DNA from: an uncultured bacterium | Lineage (GTDB): Bacteria; Chloroflexota; UBA5177; JANWHV01 | DNA: 64,000 nt | Reading direction: 5' to 3' | NCBI GenBank assembly: GCA_963729625.1 | Contig: CAVSOU010000007.1 | Coordinates: 512,001 to 576,000 of the forward strand | Part shown: positions 8,936 through 18,378 of the stretch, one piece after another | Layout: every line of letters begins with the position of its first letter | How positions within the stretch are numbered: position 1 is the stretch's first letter | Program-made: the position numbers and the translations under genes | The notes under the pieces: generated by a model | Told to the model about the DNA's origin: nothing | Database searches by the model: none | The model's input: only the letters and a program-made list of their open reading frames with translations

Positions 8936-9038
8936 AACCCGCCGGCCGGCGCCTTGTTCGCAGCAGGCCCGAGTGCGCGAGCAGCGGATCCACGCCTTGC
9001 AGGAGAGCGACGGATGATGCCAGGCAGCCGCTCGCCAA

Positions 9039-9719
9039 TCATGATTCGTCGTCCACCTGCGCAACCCGCACCCAAGCTGCCAGCGCGGTATCCAGATGTT
9101 CGGCAGCCGGTTGCCGATCGACCTGAATTTCTATGTGCCTGCCGAAGCGGGCGCGCAGCTGCAGGATGGCCGATGGTCGCAGGCCGAGCGCGCCGTATAT
9201 GCGCATCCATTCCGCGCGATGCTCGGCCATCTCGGACAGCGCGACCACCCTGAGCTTCACGGAAACTGGAGCGCTCGCCAGGGCAAAGGCATGCTGGTCG
9301 TGGAAGTATGCTGAGGCGTCGAAACCGGGGCGCGGAATGGGATTGCCGTGCGGACAAACGCTCGGCCTTGACAGGCGCAGATCGATGTGCTCCTCGACCA
9401 GCGGCGTGAGTCCGCGCTCAAACTGGCGCGCATGGTCGTGGACGTCTGTCCAATCCACGCCAAGAACGTCGACGAGGAACCTCTCCGTCAGGCAATGCCG
9501 GCGCACACCCTCTTCGGCGCGGCCGCGGCCAGCAGCGGTAAGGGACACGGTCCGGTGCACGTGCGTGACCAATCCGTCGCGCTCAAGTCGCGTCAGAGTG
9601 GCGCCGGCGGCCGCGCGCGACACGGCGAACAGACCAGCCAAGGTGACTGCATGCACGTCATGACCTTCAGCCTGAAGCGAGTAGATTGCTTCGAGGTAGT
9701 CGCCCACTACTGAACGCAC
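9039..9719 (-). CDS. DtxR/MntR-family transcriptional regulator with FeoA-like C-terminus
   Basis: DYLEAIY, LTAAGR..A, RRH.L.ERFL..VLG, CPHGNPIP; AGGAGG SD with GTG start. Confidence 0.85.
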   Translation of the reverse strand: MRSVVGDYLEAIYSLQAEGHDVHAVTLAGLFAVSRAAAGATLTRLERDGLVTHVHRTVSLTAAGRGRAEEGVRRHCLTERFLVDVLGVDWTDVHDHARQFERGLTPLVEEHIDLRLSRPSVCPHGNPIPRPGFDASAYFHDQHAFALASAPVSVKLRVVALSEMAEHRAEWMRIYGALGLRPSAILQLRARFGRHIEIQVDRQPAAEHLDTALAAWVRVAQVDDES

Positions 9720-9951
9720 GCCTCCTGCCCCCTTTCCGCCTCAGTATGGCCCTCAATGCGCCATGGGCGCAAGCGACGCCCGTCTTCAGCGCAGTGATGT
9801 CTCATTGCGATTGCGGGCGCGCTTTGCTACGTTGAGGACGGCTGGGGTTGGCGGGCACCCGGTGAGCCCTGGTTCCGTGCGTTTGGCGGCAAGCGGCTGC
9901 CTCTCGCGAACTGTGGTCAGGCGCTCCGCAGACAGGGCCGAGACAGCGACG

Positions 9952-11634
9952 ATGCGCTACCTGTTTCAGATATACGGTATGCGCCTCCGCGCGGTGCGCA
10001 ACAACATCACGCGCCGCGGGCTACGTCATGGCACTGGATGGATTTTCGTCGTCCTGGCAGTGAGTCTCGTCGACATCGTGGTGTTCAAGGCGGCCCCGCG
10101 GAGCCTGAACCTTGTAGGAGCGGCGCACTCTGAGGTCGCGGGCGGCGTGGATCTGGATCGGCTGTTTGGCTCACTCATACCGTTTTTCAATGTCAGCTTC
10201 GCAATGTTGTTCCTTGCCTCCTTTCCACTCACGATCGGTACGTTTACGTACCGAAGCGACCTGGCGATTCTGCTTGCCACGCCGGTGAGCCCCCGCATTG
10301 TGTTTGCCGAGAAGCTGCTAACCGGTATTCTCCGCCAGTACATACTCGTGCTGCCGCTCATGGGCCCGTACCTGCTTGGCCTTGGCACCGGCCTGCACCT
10401 GCCACCAGGCTACTTCGTGTTCGCAGCGCTGATGCTGCTCCTGATGCCGGTCGCACCCACGTGCTTGGGAGGAATCCTCACGTTCGCGTGCCTCAGGTTA
10501 CTTCCGCCTGCACGAGCGAAGACCCTGGTGACGGTGGGCGGTGCACTTATCGGTTCCGCGTTCTACCTTTCTCAGGAGATCATCTGGTCGAACAGGACCA
10601 CATTGAGCCTTGGACAAGCGACCGTATTCGTGCGAGGGCTTAAGGGGCAGTGGCTCTCACAACTTCCGCCGTCGTGGCCGGCATCCGGATTGACGCTCGC
10701 CGCCCATCACCAATTCGGGATATCGCTGGGCTACGGCCTTTGTATTGGCACGGTAGGCATGTTCACGTTCGCCGCTGGGGTTTCCACGGCGATGCACACG
10801 TTCAGCAGCGGCTGGGCAAACTTCCAGGAAGCCTCGCATATGGCGGAGCCGTTGTACATAGGCAGCGCTACTCCCGGCGTGCAGCTGATGCGCCGACCGC
10901 CGTTTGGCACGACGGCGCTTCTGCCCAAGGAGTGGCTGCTCTTCGCCCGCGATCCTCAACAGTGGGCCGCGCTGATCATGCCTCTTGGCGTTTCGGTCTA
11001 CTTCAGTTATGTGCTGATCTTTCGCTTTGGATCGTCTCAACTCTCAGCCGGCCTGCGGTTCATGCTGGTCATCGCGGGCCTCAACTTCCTTATTGCGTCT
11101 ATCGTGGCGCCGCTCAGTTTGACTATCATCAATCGCGAGGCACGCACCTTCATGCTTCTGCGGACCTGGCCGCTCAGCGCCAACACGATCGTTCGCGACA
11201 AGTTTCTTGCCGTGTATACTCCACTCCTCGCAGTGTTCGAAATGCTCGTCGTCGTGATCGCGATCGGCGATCATCTGCCGCTGCACCTTGCCGTGCTCGC
11301 AGCCGTAGGCGTGTTCCTTTGCACCGGCACGTTGATCGGCTGGAGCATGGTGCTCAGTCTTGCGTTTCCACGCCTGGACTGGACGAACATCACCCAGATC
11401 TCGACATGGCAGGCCTGGCTCCTCTCGTTCATCGGCGGCAGCGCCATAGGGATGATCGAGGCAGCTCTACTCGCCGTGGGTCCCCTGGCCGGCACGACAT
11501 GGGCGACGCTTGCTGGCCTTGAGCCAGTGCTAACGGCGATTGGACTGGTCCTAGTCACGGTCATCAGTGGCTGCGTGGCGATAACCCTGTTCGTCTGGGG
11601 TCCGCAGCGCCTGGCGTCGATCGAGATGCACTAG
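9952..11634 (+). CDS. putative ABC-2 exporter permease (large, multi-TM)
   Basis: DLAILLATPVSPR.VF.EK, KEWLLFARDP, NREARTFMLLRTWP; more than 12 TM segments; start trimmed to MRYLFQ. Confidence 0.75.
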   Translation: MRYLFQIYGMRLRAVRNNITRRGLRHGTGWIFVVLAVSLVDIVVFKAAPRSLNLVGAAHSEVAGGVDLDRLFGSLIPFFNVSFAMLFLASFPLTIGTFTYRSDLAILLATPVSPRIVFAEKLLTGILRQYILVLPLMGPYLLGLGTGLHLPPGYFVFAALMLLLMPVAPTCLGGILTFACLRLLPPARAKTLVTVGGALIGSAFYLSQEIIWSNRTTLSLGQATVFVRGLKGQWLSQLPPSWPASGLTLAAHHQFGISLGYGLCIGTVGMFTFAAGVSTAMHTFSSGWANFQEASHMAEPLYIGSATPGVQLMRRPPFGTTALLPKEWLLFARDPQQWAALIMPLGVSVYFSYVLIFRFGSSQLSAGLRFMLVIAGLNFLIASIVAPLSLTIINREARTFMLLRTWPLSANTIVRDKFLAVYTPLLAVFEMLVVVIAIGDHLPLHLAVLAAVGVFLCTGTLIGWSMVLSLAFPRLDWTNITQISTWQAWLLSFIGGSAIGMIEAALLAVGPLAGTTWATLAGLEPVLTAIGLVLVTVISGCVAITLFVWGPQRLASIEMH

Positions 11635-11691
11635 CCTGACCGTATTCGGTCATAGAGGTCAGCCTTCCAGGGCCGTGCATCTGTCGCGGCA

Positions 11692-11720
11692 TTGACGCGC
11701 TCTACGTCGCGCCCTATCCT
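11692..11720 (+). promoter_or_regulatory. tRNA promoter
   Basis: TTGACG-17nt-TATCCT, 21 nt upstream of the tRNA. Confidence 0.7.
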
Positions 11721-11741
11721 AGATGAGCAACCCCTGCCCAT

Positions 11742-11824
11742 GCCGAAGTGGCGGAACGGTAGACGCGGCGGTCTCAAAAACCGTTGAGGACAACCTCGTG
11801 TGGGTTCGAATCCCACCTTCGGCA
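11742..11824 (+). tRNA. tRNA-Leu(CAA)
   Basis: Acceptor GCCGAAG/CTTCGGC, D-arm TGGCGGAACGGTAGACGC, anticodon loop CTCAAAA, long variable arm, GGTTCGAATCCC; CCA end not fully encoded (ACCG). Confidence 0.96.
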
Positions 11825-11847
11825 CCGCGGCTCGCGAGCGGACTCCG

Positions 11848-12072
11848 CTACGAATTGAGCTGCACGATAGCGATCATCAGCGGGATTCCGATGGCCACGA
11901 GCAGGACGCCAAAGGCTATGGTCACGAAAGCGGTCTGGCGCTGTGCGACCTCGAGCCGCCGGCCGAGAGTCGAGTCCTCGTGCGGTCCCATGGATTGCCG
12001 CAGATAAAAACCGCCGATAGCCACAAACAGGATGCCGGGCAGCAGCATGACGAACGGGAAACGATCGATCAT
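11848..12072 (-). CDS. small two-TM membrane protein
   Basis: MIDRFPFVMLLPGILF...; ATGA overlap with the upstream GT9 stop; two hydrophobic segments. Confidence 0.7.
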   Translation of the reverse strand: MIDRFPFVMLLPGILFVAIGGFYLRQSMGPHEDSTLGRRLEVAQRQTAFVTIAFGVLLVAIGIPLMIAIVQLNS

Positions 12073-13268
12073 TTTGCGTGCTCCAGGACCTCGAGCGCAG
12101 CGAGCACAACCTGATTCACCGTAAGGTCTATCATACACGACGGCTGACCGTGCGGGCACTCGGCTATTGCACGAAGCGTATAGCATGGGCTGCATTTCAG
12201 GCCTTTGCGGATAACCATGGCAGGCTGGCCGGGCCTGGGCGCTGGGCCATAGAGAGCCGGGTCAGTAGGTCCGTAGATCGACACGGTCGGACGCCCAAGC
12301 GCGACCGCCAGGTGCAGGGGACCGCTGTCTCCGCTGATCACCAGGTCGCAGCGCGCGAGCACCGCCAGCAGCTCGTCGACCGTGGTCTCGCCGGTCAACA
12401 CGACCGGCCGATGTTCCATGCGGGCGACGATCGTATCGCTGATGCACCGCTCGCTCTCCGAGCCCGTCAGTATCACCTTGAAACCATGGCGCTCGATCAT
12501 GGTATCCGCCAGCGCCGCCCAGTGCGACCCGGGCCATCGCTTGGCGTTGCCGTTGACCGCTCCGCCGTGAATGCCGATCACGACGTCGGCTGAATGCACG
12601 CCAAGCGTCGCCAGGCGCGTCTCCATGCAGGCGATGGCGTCGTCTCCGGCTCGAAGCACGGCCGTCCGCAAGCTGCCCTTCGCGCCCGCGGCTGCTACCA
12701 GCTCGAGGTTCCAGCGTATCTCGTGCCGGCGTCGGTCGAATCGCCCTCCCTGCACAGGGTCAGTGAACATGAACGGATATGCTTCCTGCCGGTACCCGAT
12801 GCGCCGATGGGCGCCGCTCGCGAAGGCAAAGAGACTTGCCATCCTGCCGTACAGACTCACGCACAGATCGAATCGCTCACGGCGCAAGTGACCGATCGTG
12901 CACAGGAATGCAGTGACGGTTTTCGGGCGAAGTAGATTCCTGACGCTGCGAATGCTGTTAGTGTCCAGCTCCAGAACTTGATCGACGCAGTCGAAGCGGC
13001 GCGGAATCGTGGCTGTATATGGCAGGGTGAGCATGGTGATGCGCGCGGAGGGGTAGCGCTCTCGCAGCGCCTCGACGGCCGGCATGGAGTTGAGCACATC
13101 GCCAAGCAGATCGAGCCTGATGACGAGGATACGATGAACGGCCGAAGCATCAATCGCCGGCCGTGGCCGCGCCAGCCGGCGCAGGGCGGCGCCCAGTCCC
13201 AGAGCGCCGAACAGGACGTAGAGCACGGCCTCCACGAGGTGCTTGACCTGATGCTTCAGGAACCGCAT
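12069..13268 (-). CDS. glycosyltransferase family 9 (heptosyltransferase-like)
   Basis: RILVIRLDLLGDVL, AKRWP, DSGPLHLAVA, YGPTDP, CSPC..C..CM. Confidence 0.92.
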   Translation of the reverse strand: MRFLKHQVKHLVEAVLYVLFGALGLGAALRRLARPRPAIDASAVHRILVIRLDLLGDVLNSMPAVEALRERYPSARITMLTLPYTATIPRRFDCVDQVLELDTNSIRSVRNLLRPKTVTAFLCTIGHLRRERFDLCVSLYGRMASLFAFASGAHRRIGYRQEAYPFMFTDPVQGGRFDRRRHEIRWNLELVAAAGAKGSLRTAVLRAGDDAIACMETRLATLGVHSADVVIGIHGGAVNGNAKRWPGSHWAALADTMIERHGFKVILTGSESERCISDTIVARMEHRPVVLTGETTVDELLAVLARCDLVISGDSGPLHLAVALGRPTVSIYGPTDPALYGPAPRPGQPAMVIRKGLKCSPCYTLRAIAECPHGQPSCMIDLTVNQVVLAALEVLEHAK

Positions 13269-13272
13269 CACC

Positions 13273-14460
13273 TCACTCTCCCTTTGCAGCGAGGACCGCA
13301 TCGCAGGCGGCGCGAACGCTCGCAACCTCGATCGCCCGCATACAGGGCGGCGGTCCGTCCGTTTCGGGCTCCAGGCGACAGTAATCGAGGCGACAGCACG
13401 GCCTGCACGGGAGATCAGCGGCTACTACGGCGTGCCGGACCGGGTCGCTCCACGGTCCGAACTGTGCCGGATCGGCCGGCCCAAACAATGCGACGCTAGG
13501 CGTCTGGGCTACGACGGCGAGGTGAAGCGGTCCGCTGTCGACGCCGACGACCAGACTCGCATGGCGGAGCACTGTCTCGAGCTCTCCCCAGCTCAGCCTT
13601 CCTGCCAGGTTGAGCGCGCCGTTGGGAAGACGCTCACATAGCTCCGCTGCCATATCGGCCTCGCCGGCGCTCCCCGTTACCACCAGACGCCGTGCCGGTG
13701 CGCCGCGCGCCAACGCAGCGCCAAGCTCCGCGAAACGCTCGATCGGCCAGCTCTTGATCCGCGATCCCGATCCGGAATGGAGCACGACGTACGGCTGCGT
13801 TTCGAGACCGGTCTCGCGCAGCAGCAGAATGGCCGACACGTCATCCGAGAATGTCGTCGCCGATGCCAGCTGGGGTAATGCAGGCGCTTCCACGCGCTCG
13901 TGGACAGGGAGCCGAGCGAGGTATGCGTCGACAAGATCGAGCGATTCCTGCGCCGCATGCTTTCCGTGGGTGTACGCAAGCTCAACGGTCAGGAACGGCG
14001 ACGTCTCGGGCGTGGCGTATCCGACGCGCACCGGGATTCCCGCCAGCGCGGCAAGCCACGCTCCCCACCAGTGATCCGGGCGCAGTATCAGCGCCGCGTC
14101 GAAGGATTGCTGCCGGCGCATGCGCAGTGCGTAGGTAAGTAGCATTCGATACGGCCGCATGTGCTTGTCGGACGCACGCGCGAAGCCGGGAAATGGGCAC
14201 GTGAGCACGTCGAAACGCGAGTGCGTGCCCAGCGCGGCCCGGCTCCAGGGCCCGACCGCCACGACGACGCGGGCGCCGGGAAGTGACTGTACCATGCGGT
14301 CGATCGCCGGGCGGCTCAGCAGTACGTCTCCAAGATGATCCGGCCGAATAATCAGGATCGAGCGCGGACTCTGGGATGCTCGGCGCCCGGCCCGTCCCTG
14401 CGGACGCAGCACTCTTCCACAGATGCGCAGGCCAATCAGGCGAAGGCGCTGCCTTAACAC
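13273..14460 (-). CDS. glycosyltransferase family 9
   Basis: ILIIRPDHLGDVLL, KSWP, DSGPLHLAV, FGPADP, CRPCC...C...CM; GTG start overlapping the upstream stop. Confidence 0.9.
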   Translation of the reverse strand: MLRQRLRLIGLRICGRVLRPQGRAGRRASQSPRSILIIRPDHLGDVLLSRPAIDRMVQSLPGARVVVAVGPWSRAALGTHSRFDVLTCPFPGFARASDKHMRPYRMLLTYALRMRRQQSFDAALILRPDHWWGAWLAALAGIPVRVGYATPETSPFLTVELAYTHGKHAAQESLDLVDAYLARLPVHERVEAPALPQLASATTFSDDVSAILLLRETGLETQPYVVLHSGSGSRIKSWPIERFAELGAALARGAPARRLVVTGSAGEADMAAELCERLPNGALNLAGRLSWGELETVLRHASLVVGVDSGPLHLAVVAQTPSVALFGPADPAQFGPWSDPVRHAVVAADLPCRPCCRLDYCRLEPETDGPPPCMRAIEVASVRAACDAVLAAKGE

Positions 14461-15629
14461 CGGCGAAGCTCCGCGAGCAACTCGCGGCAAGCGCCGGCGA
14501 CCTCGCTCACAGGCAGCCCGCGCATGCATGCGTGATGGTTGGGGCACGGCGGGAAACGGCCGTGGATGAAGCACGGGCTGCACGGTATGTCGCGGCGCAC
14601 GACACGCGCGGACGTACTGTACGGGCGATACAGGTGAACAGGCGAAGGTCCAAACACAGCCACCACAGGGCAACCGACGGCCACCGCAAGGTGCATTGGC
14701 CCCGAGTCGTTGCCTACATAGAGCGCACAGCGCTGGAGGAACGCGGCCCGCTCGCCAAGGGGGATGGAGCCTGTGAGGTCGATGGGCGGCGCGCGCATGG
14801 CCGTTCGCATCGCGCTGCACGCCATCCCATCCGCAGGGGTACCGACAATCGCGATCTGGACCCCCTCCTCGTCGCGCAGAAGATCCGCGAGGTGTGCAAA
14901 ACTCTCGGGCGGCCAGCGCTTTTCGGGCAAATCCATGCCGGGATTTGTGCCGCCACCCGGAGCGATTGCCACTACCATCGGGCCGAGATCGTGCGTCCGC
15001 CACAGCGCTTCGGTCGCTTCGGTCGCGCGCGCATCGGGCACAAAGCGAAGCCGCCCGTGCTCCACTGAGCAACCGAGCGCACCGGCCACGCTGAGATATA
15101 AGTCCGCCTCGTGCAGCGACTCATCCCACGGCACGGCGGCATTGAGCGTGAAGCCGCGCCCCGCGCTATCAATACCGGCACGACTGCGGATACCCGCAAG
15201 CAGCGGCAGAATGGCAAACACCGGCGACCGCTCCAGCACAAGGCAGAGATCGTAGTGTCCGGCGCGCATGCGCTGAAGAAGTCGCATCACCGAGCGCAGG
15301 TCGCGACCGGCGCCCGGCCCGGCGTCCACGATGGCGGCAACCTCCGGGTGGCCTTCGATCGCCGGCATGGCATGGCGTGCCACGGCAAAATCGATCGTGC
15401 TATCGGGGAACCGTTCGCGCAGCGCGGCGATCACGGGTGTGGCCAACAGCACATCGCCCAGGCAACACGGCTTGACGATCAGGATGCGGCACGCGGAGGG
15501 CGGCAGCCGCGGCGTGGACATGAACGGCCGGAACAGCGCGCGGAGAAGCACGAAGCATGCAGTGACAATGCGTTCCCGCCAGGGGCGGCCGGCAGCAGGC
15601 CGCACGATCAGTGGGTGGTTCACGTCCAT
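14454..15629 (-). CDS. glycosyltransferase family 9
   Basis: ILIVKPCCLGDVLL, EKRWP, NDSGPMHLAVA, FGPS, CSPC...C...CM; start trimmed to MDVNHP. Confidence 0.9.
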   Translation of the reverse strand: MDVNHPLIVRPAAGRPWRERIVTACFVLLRALFRPFMSTPRLPPSACRILIVKPCCLGDVLLATPVIAALRERFPDSTIDFAVARHAMPAIEGHPEVAAIVDAGPGAGRDLRSVMRLLQRMRAGHYDLCLVLERSPVFAILPLLAGIRSRAGIDSAGRGFTLNAAVPWDESLHEADLYLSVAGALGCSVEHGRLRFVPDARATEATEALWRTHDLGPMVVAIAPGGGTNPGMDLPEKRWPPESFAHLADLLRDEEGVQIAIVGTPADGMACSAMRTAMRAPPIDLTGSIPLGERAAFLQRCALYVGNDSGPMHLAVAVGCPVVAVFGPSPVHLYRPYSTSARVVRRDIPCSPCFIHGRFPPCPNHHACMRGLPVSEVAGACRELLAELRRC

Positions 15630-15905
15630 ACGTGTTGACGAGTGTACCGCACTGAACGCCTGACCGATCCCGGCGTTTGAGCGTTGCGACGCCTCAGGGC
15701 GCGCCCGGCGGAACTGCACGGCCACCGTCCGCCGCCGACAGGCGAACTGTTCATTCAGGTCATGTGCCGGGGAGTGTGAGCGCGCGATCAGACGCCGCTG
15801 CAGTCTTTCGCCGGGGTCGGCGTGCCTGAACGCACTGGCGTACCGCCGTTGCGCCATTCTTTCGCCAGGCGGAAGGGAGAACCCCTCCGCGATCTTGAGC
15901 CGGCC

Positions 15906-18035
15906 TTACAGCGCTATTCCTGTGGGAAGACTGGATATGAGCTCGTGGTTGGCGTTGAGCTGCAGATCCTGATACCCCAACACAAAAGCTCTGTCGGCGC
16001 CGTCGGTGACCGCCCCGCGAACGTTTCGCACCTTCTTGACGTCGCCAATCTTGGTCACCAGGAGCCCTGCCACGAGATACTCTTCGAACAGGCTGTCGTC
16101 CGCTACTACCTGCCCAAGAACTACCGTGTCCACGTTGACTGTGCTGCGCTCAAACTCTCCGTTTACAAGGATGACGTCACCGCTGTCCCCAATCTCAAGT
16201 ACCGAGGAATCGGTAATGATTGTCGCGGGGTGCGCGAAGGTCTTGCTACTGAGCGCCTCGCCCTGCCCGCCCTTGAGCCTCTTGACGAGGATGTCCCGGT
16301 GGCTGGGTTCCATCCAGGAAGCGAATTCCTTGTTCTTGGTGACGATGTAGACCTTCTTACCGTCGACGCCGAGCTTCTCGGCCACGTCGGCGGCGCCGAA
16401 ATGGTCTCCCCAGACCAGGACCGTCTGACCGACCTCGGCCGGCGCAGGCTTGCCGCCCTTGGGCCAGTACTCGCACGCCGTGCTCTTGCACCGGAGGACG
16501 TCTTCAAAGGTCACCACGCGCGTCGAGTCGATACCAGGAATCGAAGGGCGCTCGACCGCGGCGCCGGTCGCCACGAACACGGCGTCGTACATCCTTAGCT
16601 CCTCAGGCTTTGGGACTGTTTCCAGTCTCACATCGATCGCGAGCTTGGCGACTTGCTCCCGCTGCCAGTCGGCGAACCACCGTATCTTGCTCTTCGCGTG
16701 GACCGTGCAGCAGCAGAGGATAGCACCCCCAAGCTCGTTTGTCTTCTCGAAGATCGTTACCTTGTGCCCCCGTAGGGTAGCGATGCGCGCGGCCTCGAGG
16801 CCTGCGGGACCGCCTCCGACAATCGCCAGAGCTTGCGGCCTCGGAGCAGGGCCGAAGTTGACGAAGCGCTCGTCCCCGATTGCGGGGTTGATCGTGCAGC
16901 GCATGTGGCGCTTTATCATCAGGGATTCCTGCCAGCAACCAACGAGGCAGGAGATGCATCTTCGAATCTCGTCTTTCCTCCCAGCCCTCGCTTTGTTCGC
17001 CCAGTAGGGATCCGCGATCAGCTGTCGCGACAGGCCGACCATATCGGCTTTCCCCTGCGCCAGTATCTTGTCGCAGTACTCAGGATTCCGAAGCGAGTGG
17101 CTGGTGATCACCGGGATGCGTACGTGCTTCTTGATCTCCTCCGCCGCGTATGTATTCCAGCCCTCGTGATAGTACATGGGGTCGCACGCTGGGCCGGGGA
17201 CGTCGAAGATTCCGGCACTGATATCCAGGAACGCCAGTCCGGATTCCTCCATGAGCTGCGCGATCTTGACGCTCTCGTCAAGGCAGCGTCCCCCGTCGAT
17301 CCACTCCTCGCCGGAGTACCGGATGCCAATTGGGAAGTCGGGGCCGCACTTCTGTTTGATCCGCGCGATGATCTCCAGGGGGAAGCGCATGCGGGACTGG
17401 AAGTTGCCGCCGAAACGGTCGTTGCGCTTATTGACATAGGGACTCATAAACTGGGCGATAAGGTAGCCGTGCGCGCCATGCAGCTCGACGGCATCGAAGC
17501 CGGCTTGCTGAACACGCCATGCGCCTTCGGCGAACTTCTCGATCAGGTCGTAGACTTCTTCCACGGTCATCGCGCGAATGGACTTGCCGTGAGCCTCGGA
17601 GCCGGCGTACACGACCTCGTGGCCGGCGGAACCGGGGAGGTGCACGACCATGTCGGTGGCGGAGATCATATCCGTGCGAGGCCATGCCGATTGCCGGCCG
17701 GGGTGCTGTATCTGCACGGCGCACTTCGCCCCGTGGCGGTGCATCGCTTCGGCAAGCTCGGCGAGGCCTGGGATCAGCGGGTCTTCGTCCACAGCAAGGC
17801 AGGTGACGGTCGGCCGTCCAGACTTCTTGTCGGGAGTGGACGCGCCGACGATGATGAAGCCGGTTCCTCCCTTTGCGACCTCTTCATGATAGGTGATCAC
17901 TCGCTGGTTGACGGATCCGTCGGCATTACCGGAAGAGATATCAGTGGGAACGTGACAAATCCTGTTTGAAACCTCGAAATTCCCGATCTTGAGAGGCCTG
18001 AACATCGAGGGAAATCTGCCGTCGCTCATGCTCAT
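15906..18035 (-). CDS. NADH:flavin oxidoreductase (OYE barrel + Fe-S + FAD domains; 2,4-dienoyl-CoA reductase-like)
   Basis: GFDAVELHGAHGYL, NKRNDRFGG, CISCLVGC...C cluster motif, VGGGPAGLEAA. Confidence 0.92.
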   Translation of the reverse strand: MSMSDGRFPSMFRPLKIGNFEVSNRICHVPTDISSGNADGSVNQRVITYHEEVAKGGTGFIIVGASTPDKKSGRPTVTCLAVDEDPLIPGLAELAEAMHRHGAKCAVQIQHPGRQSAWPRTDMISATDMVVHLPGSAGHEVVYAGSEAHGKSIRAMTVEEVYDLIEKFAEGAWRVQQAGFDAVELHGAHGYLIAQFMSPYVNKRNDRFGGNFQSRMRFPLEIIARIKQKCGPDFPIGIRYSGEEWIDGGRCLDESVKIAQLMEESGLAFLDISAGIFDVPGPACDPMYYHEGWNTYAAEEIKKHVRIPVITSHSLRNPEYCDKILAQGKADMVGLSRQLIADPYWANKARAGRKDEIRRCISCLVGCWQESLMIKRHMRCTINPAIGDERFVNFGPAPRPQALAIVGGGPAGLEAARIATLRGHKVTIFEKTNELGGAILCCCTVHAKSKIRWFADWQREQVAKLAIDVRLETVPKPEELRMYDAVFVATGAAVERPSIPGIDSTRVVTFEDVLRCKSTACEYWPKGGKPAPAEVGQTVLVWGDHFGAADVAEKLGVDGKKVYIVTKNKEFASWMEPSHRDILVKRLKGGQGEALSSKTFAHPATIITDSSVLEIGDSGDVILVNGEFERSTVNVDTVVLGQVVADDSLFEEYLVAGLLVTKIGDVKKVRNVRGAVTDGADRAFVLGYQDLQLNANHELISSLPTGIAL

Positions 18036-18378
18036 TTTCTGCCTTTTCGTTGGCTACCCCAGCTACTTTGCTGTGACCACATTACCACCACCGGCACACT
18101 GTTCAGCGTGTGCCATAGGGCACCGGTTGTCTTCCCATAAGTCACGTCCTGCGGCTACTCCGCGACCGTTCTGGACCAGAGTGAGCAGCGCGGCGCGATC
18201 GTAGTCCGGATCGCCCGGACGGCTTGGACGACGTGTCGCGTCTCTTGACGTTTCCGCCTTGGGCGAGTACCACGAATTGGCGTGGGAGTCCCTTGATCTG
18301 GATTGCCTTCGCGCCGGCAGGGTGCGAGGAATAGACATTCATTTGTTGTTTTGAGCCTCGAAGGCGATCGGAGATCTC

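Noticed and set aside
11742-11826. tRNA-Leu as an island integration site
   Set aside because: No integrase and no second copy of the tRNA 3' end noticed in the window
14461-15072. Long N-terminal extensions in the ORF track (GT9 13273-15072, also ispF to 31815, gmk to 2205, kinase to 28783)
   Set aside because: They overlap upstream genes in other frames; coupled internal starts fit family lengths
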